The notes below the pieces were generated by a model, which made no database searches, was not told the DNA's origin, and saw nothing but the letters and a program-made list of their open reading frames with translations. Positions 37,001 to 37,726 of a stretch of DNA of 37,726 nucleotides are shown in pieces. Each line of letters opens with the position of its first letter. The first letter of the stretch is position 1. The stretch comes from Spirochaetota bacterium (GTDB lineage Bacteria > Spirochaetota > UBA4802 > UBA5550), in NCBI GenBank assembly GCA_050298055.1, contig JBNKTL010000050.1, positions 1 to 37,726 on the forward strand, given 5' to 3'. The translations under genes and the position numbers were made by a program.

Positions 37001-37594
37001 ATGGAAAGCAGGAAGATCACCATTGAGGGTATAGAGATCCTCATGGAAAGAAGTAAAAAGGCGGGAAAGATCAGCCTTTCCGTGCGTCCGGTACGGGGGG
37101 TAAGGGTTGCAGTCCCCCTTGCCGCGTCTTTCGGAGCAGCCGAGAAGTTTGCCCGATCGAAGATTATCTGGATAAAGAAAAGTCTCTCCAAAATAAAAAA
37201 AATTGAGGAATCCCATAATAATTCACCGGAACTCTCAGAGCCGATGAACAGAAGGAAATCCAGGACAATCCTCATCAACAGGCTTAACCAGCTTGCTGAG
37301 AGATACGGCTTTGTCTTTAACAGGGTGTCTATCAGGAACCAGAAGACAAGGTGGGGGAGCTGTTCCAGTAATAACAATATTAATCTCAACATCAACCTGG
37401 TGCGGCTTCCCGGTGAACTCATGGACTACGTGATAATGCACGAACTCGTTCATACCCGGATCAAGAACCACAGCAGGTCATTCTGGAGGGAGCTGGATAT
37501 CTATGTGGGAAACTCAAAAAAAACAGATGCGCGGCTGAAAAAATTCAGCCTCTCTATCTTGCGGCATAATCCCGACGAATCGTCGGAGTTGTAG
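37001..37594 (+). CDS. YgjP/DUF45-like M48-family metallohydrolase
   Basis: IRNQKTRWGSCS, DYVIMHELVH (HExxH), NHSRSFW. Confidence 0.9.
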   Translation: MESRKITIEGIEILMERSKKAGKISLSVRPVRGVRVAVPLAASFGAAEKFARSKIIWIKKSLSKIKKIEESHNNSPELSEPMNRRKSRTILINRLNQLAERYGFVFNRVSIRNQKTRWGSCSSNNNINLNINLVRLPGELMDYVIMHELVHTRIKNHSRSFWRELDIYVGNSKKTDARLKKFSLSILRHNPDESSEL

Positions 37595-37726
37595 TTTTGC
37601 TTTTTATATCGCCGCATCTTCCTTTATTAAAGCTCCAGCTTCCTGTTTACCCCCCATCCCCCTTGTCTGTCGATTTTTAAAAATTGAAATAAACAGTTAT
37701 TGTTTAAATCTTCCTCGATTATCAAG

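Overview
Bacterial chromosomal window, probably from an anaerobic Spirochaetota-like organism (inferred from gene style, not proven). Housekeeping and metabolic genes include purB-miaB-SPOR-mutS, a short Fe-S-less mutY-like gene, cysE, an acyl-CoA dehydrogenase and a long-chain acyl-CoA ligase. A cell-envelope modification block holds an EamA/SMR flippase, an epimerase, a UbiA-type prenyl-phosphate phosphoribosyltransferase, GtrA, a GT-C-like membrane protein and two LtaS-like paralogs. There is also a DUF1800-like/DUF1501 pair and a hicBA toxin-antitoxin pair. Signals the ORF track misses: (1) a HesB-like selenoprotein with in-frame UGA and a SECIS-like hairpin (9654-9956); (2) a dense family of modular, nested inverted repeats built from 7/8/9-bp periodic units, many with a shared pyrimidine linker, two copies of which bracket the ubiA-gtrA pair; (3) two MITE types with target-site duplications in predicted 5' leaders; (4) a tRNA-Glu 3' fragment resembling an att site; (5) a 4Fe-4S gene remnant; (6) a phased TGTA-N8-TACA tandem repeat.
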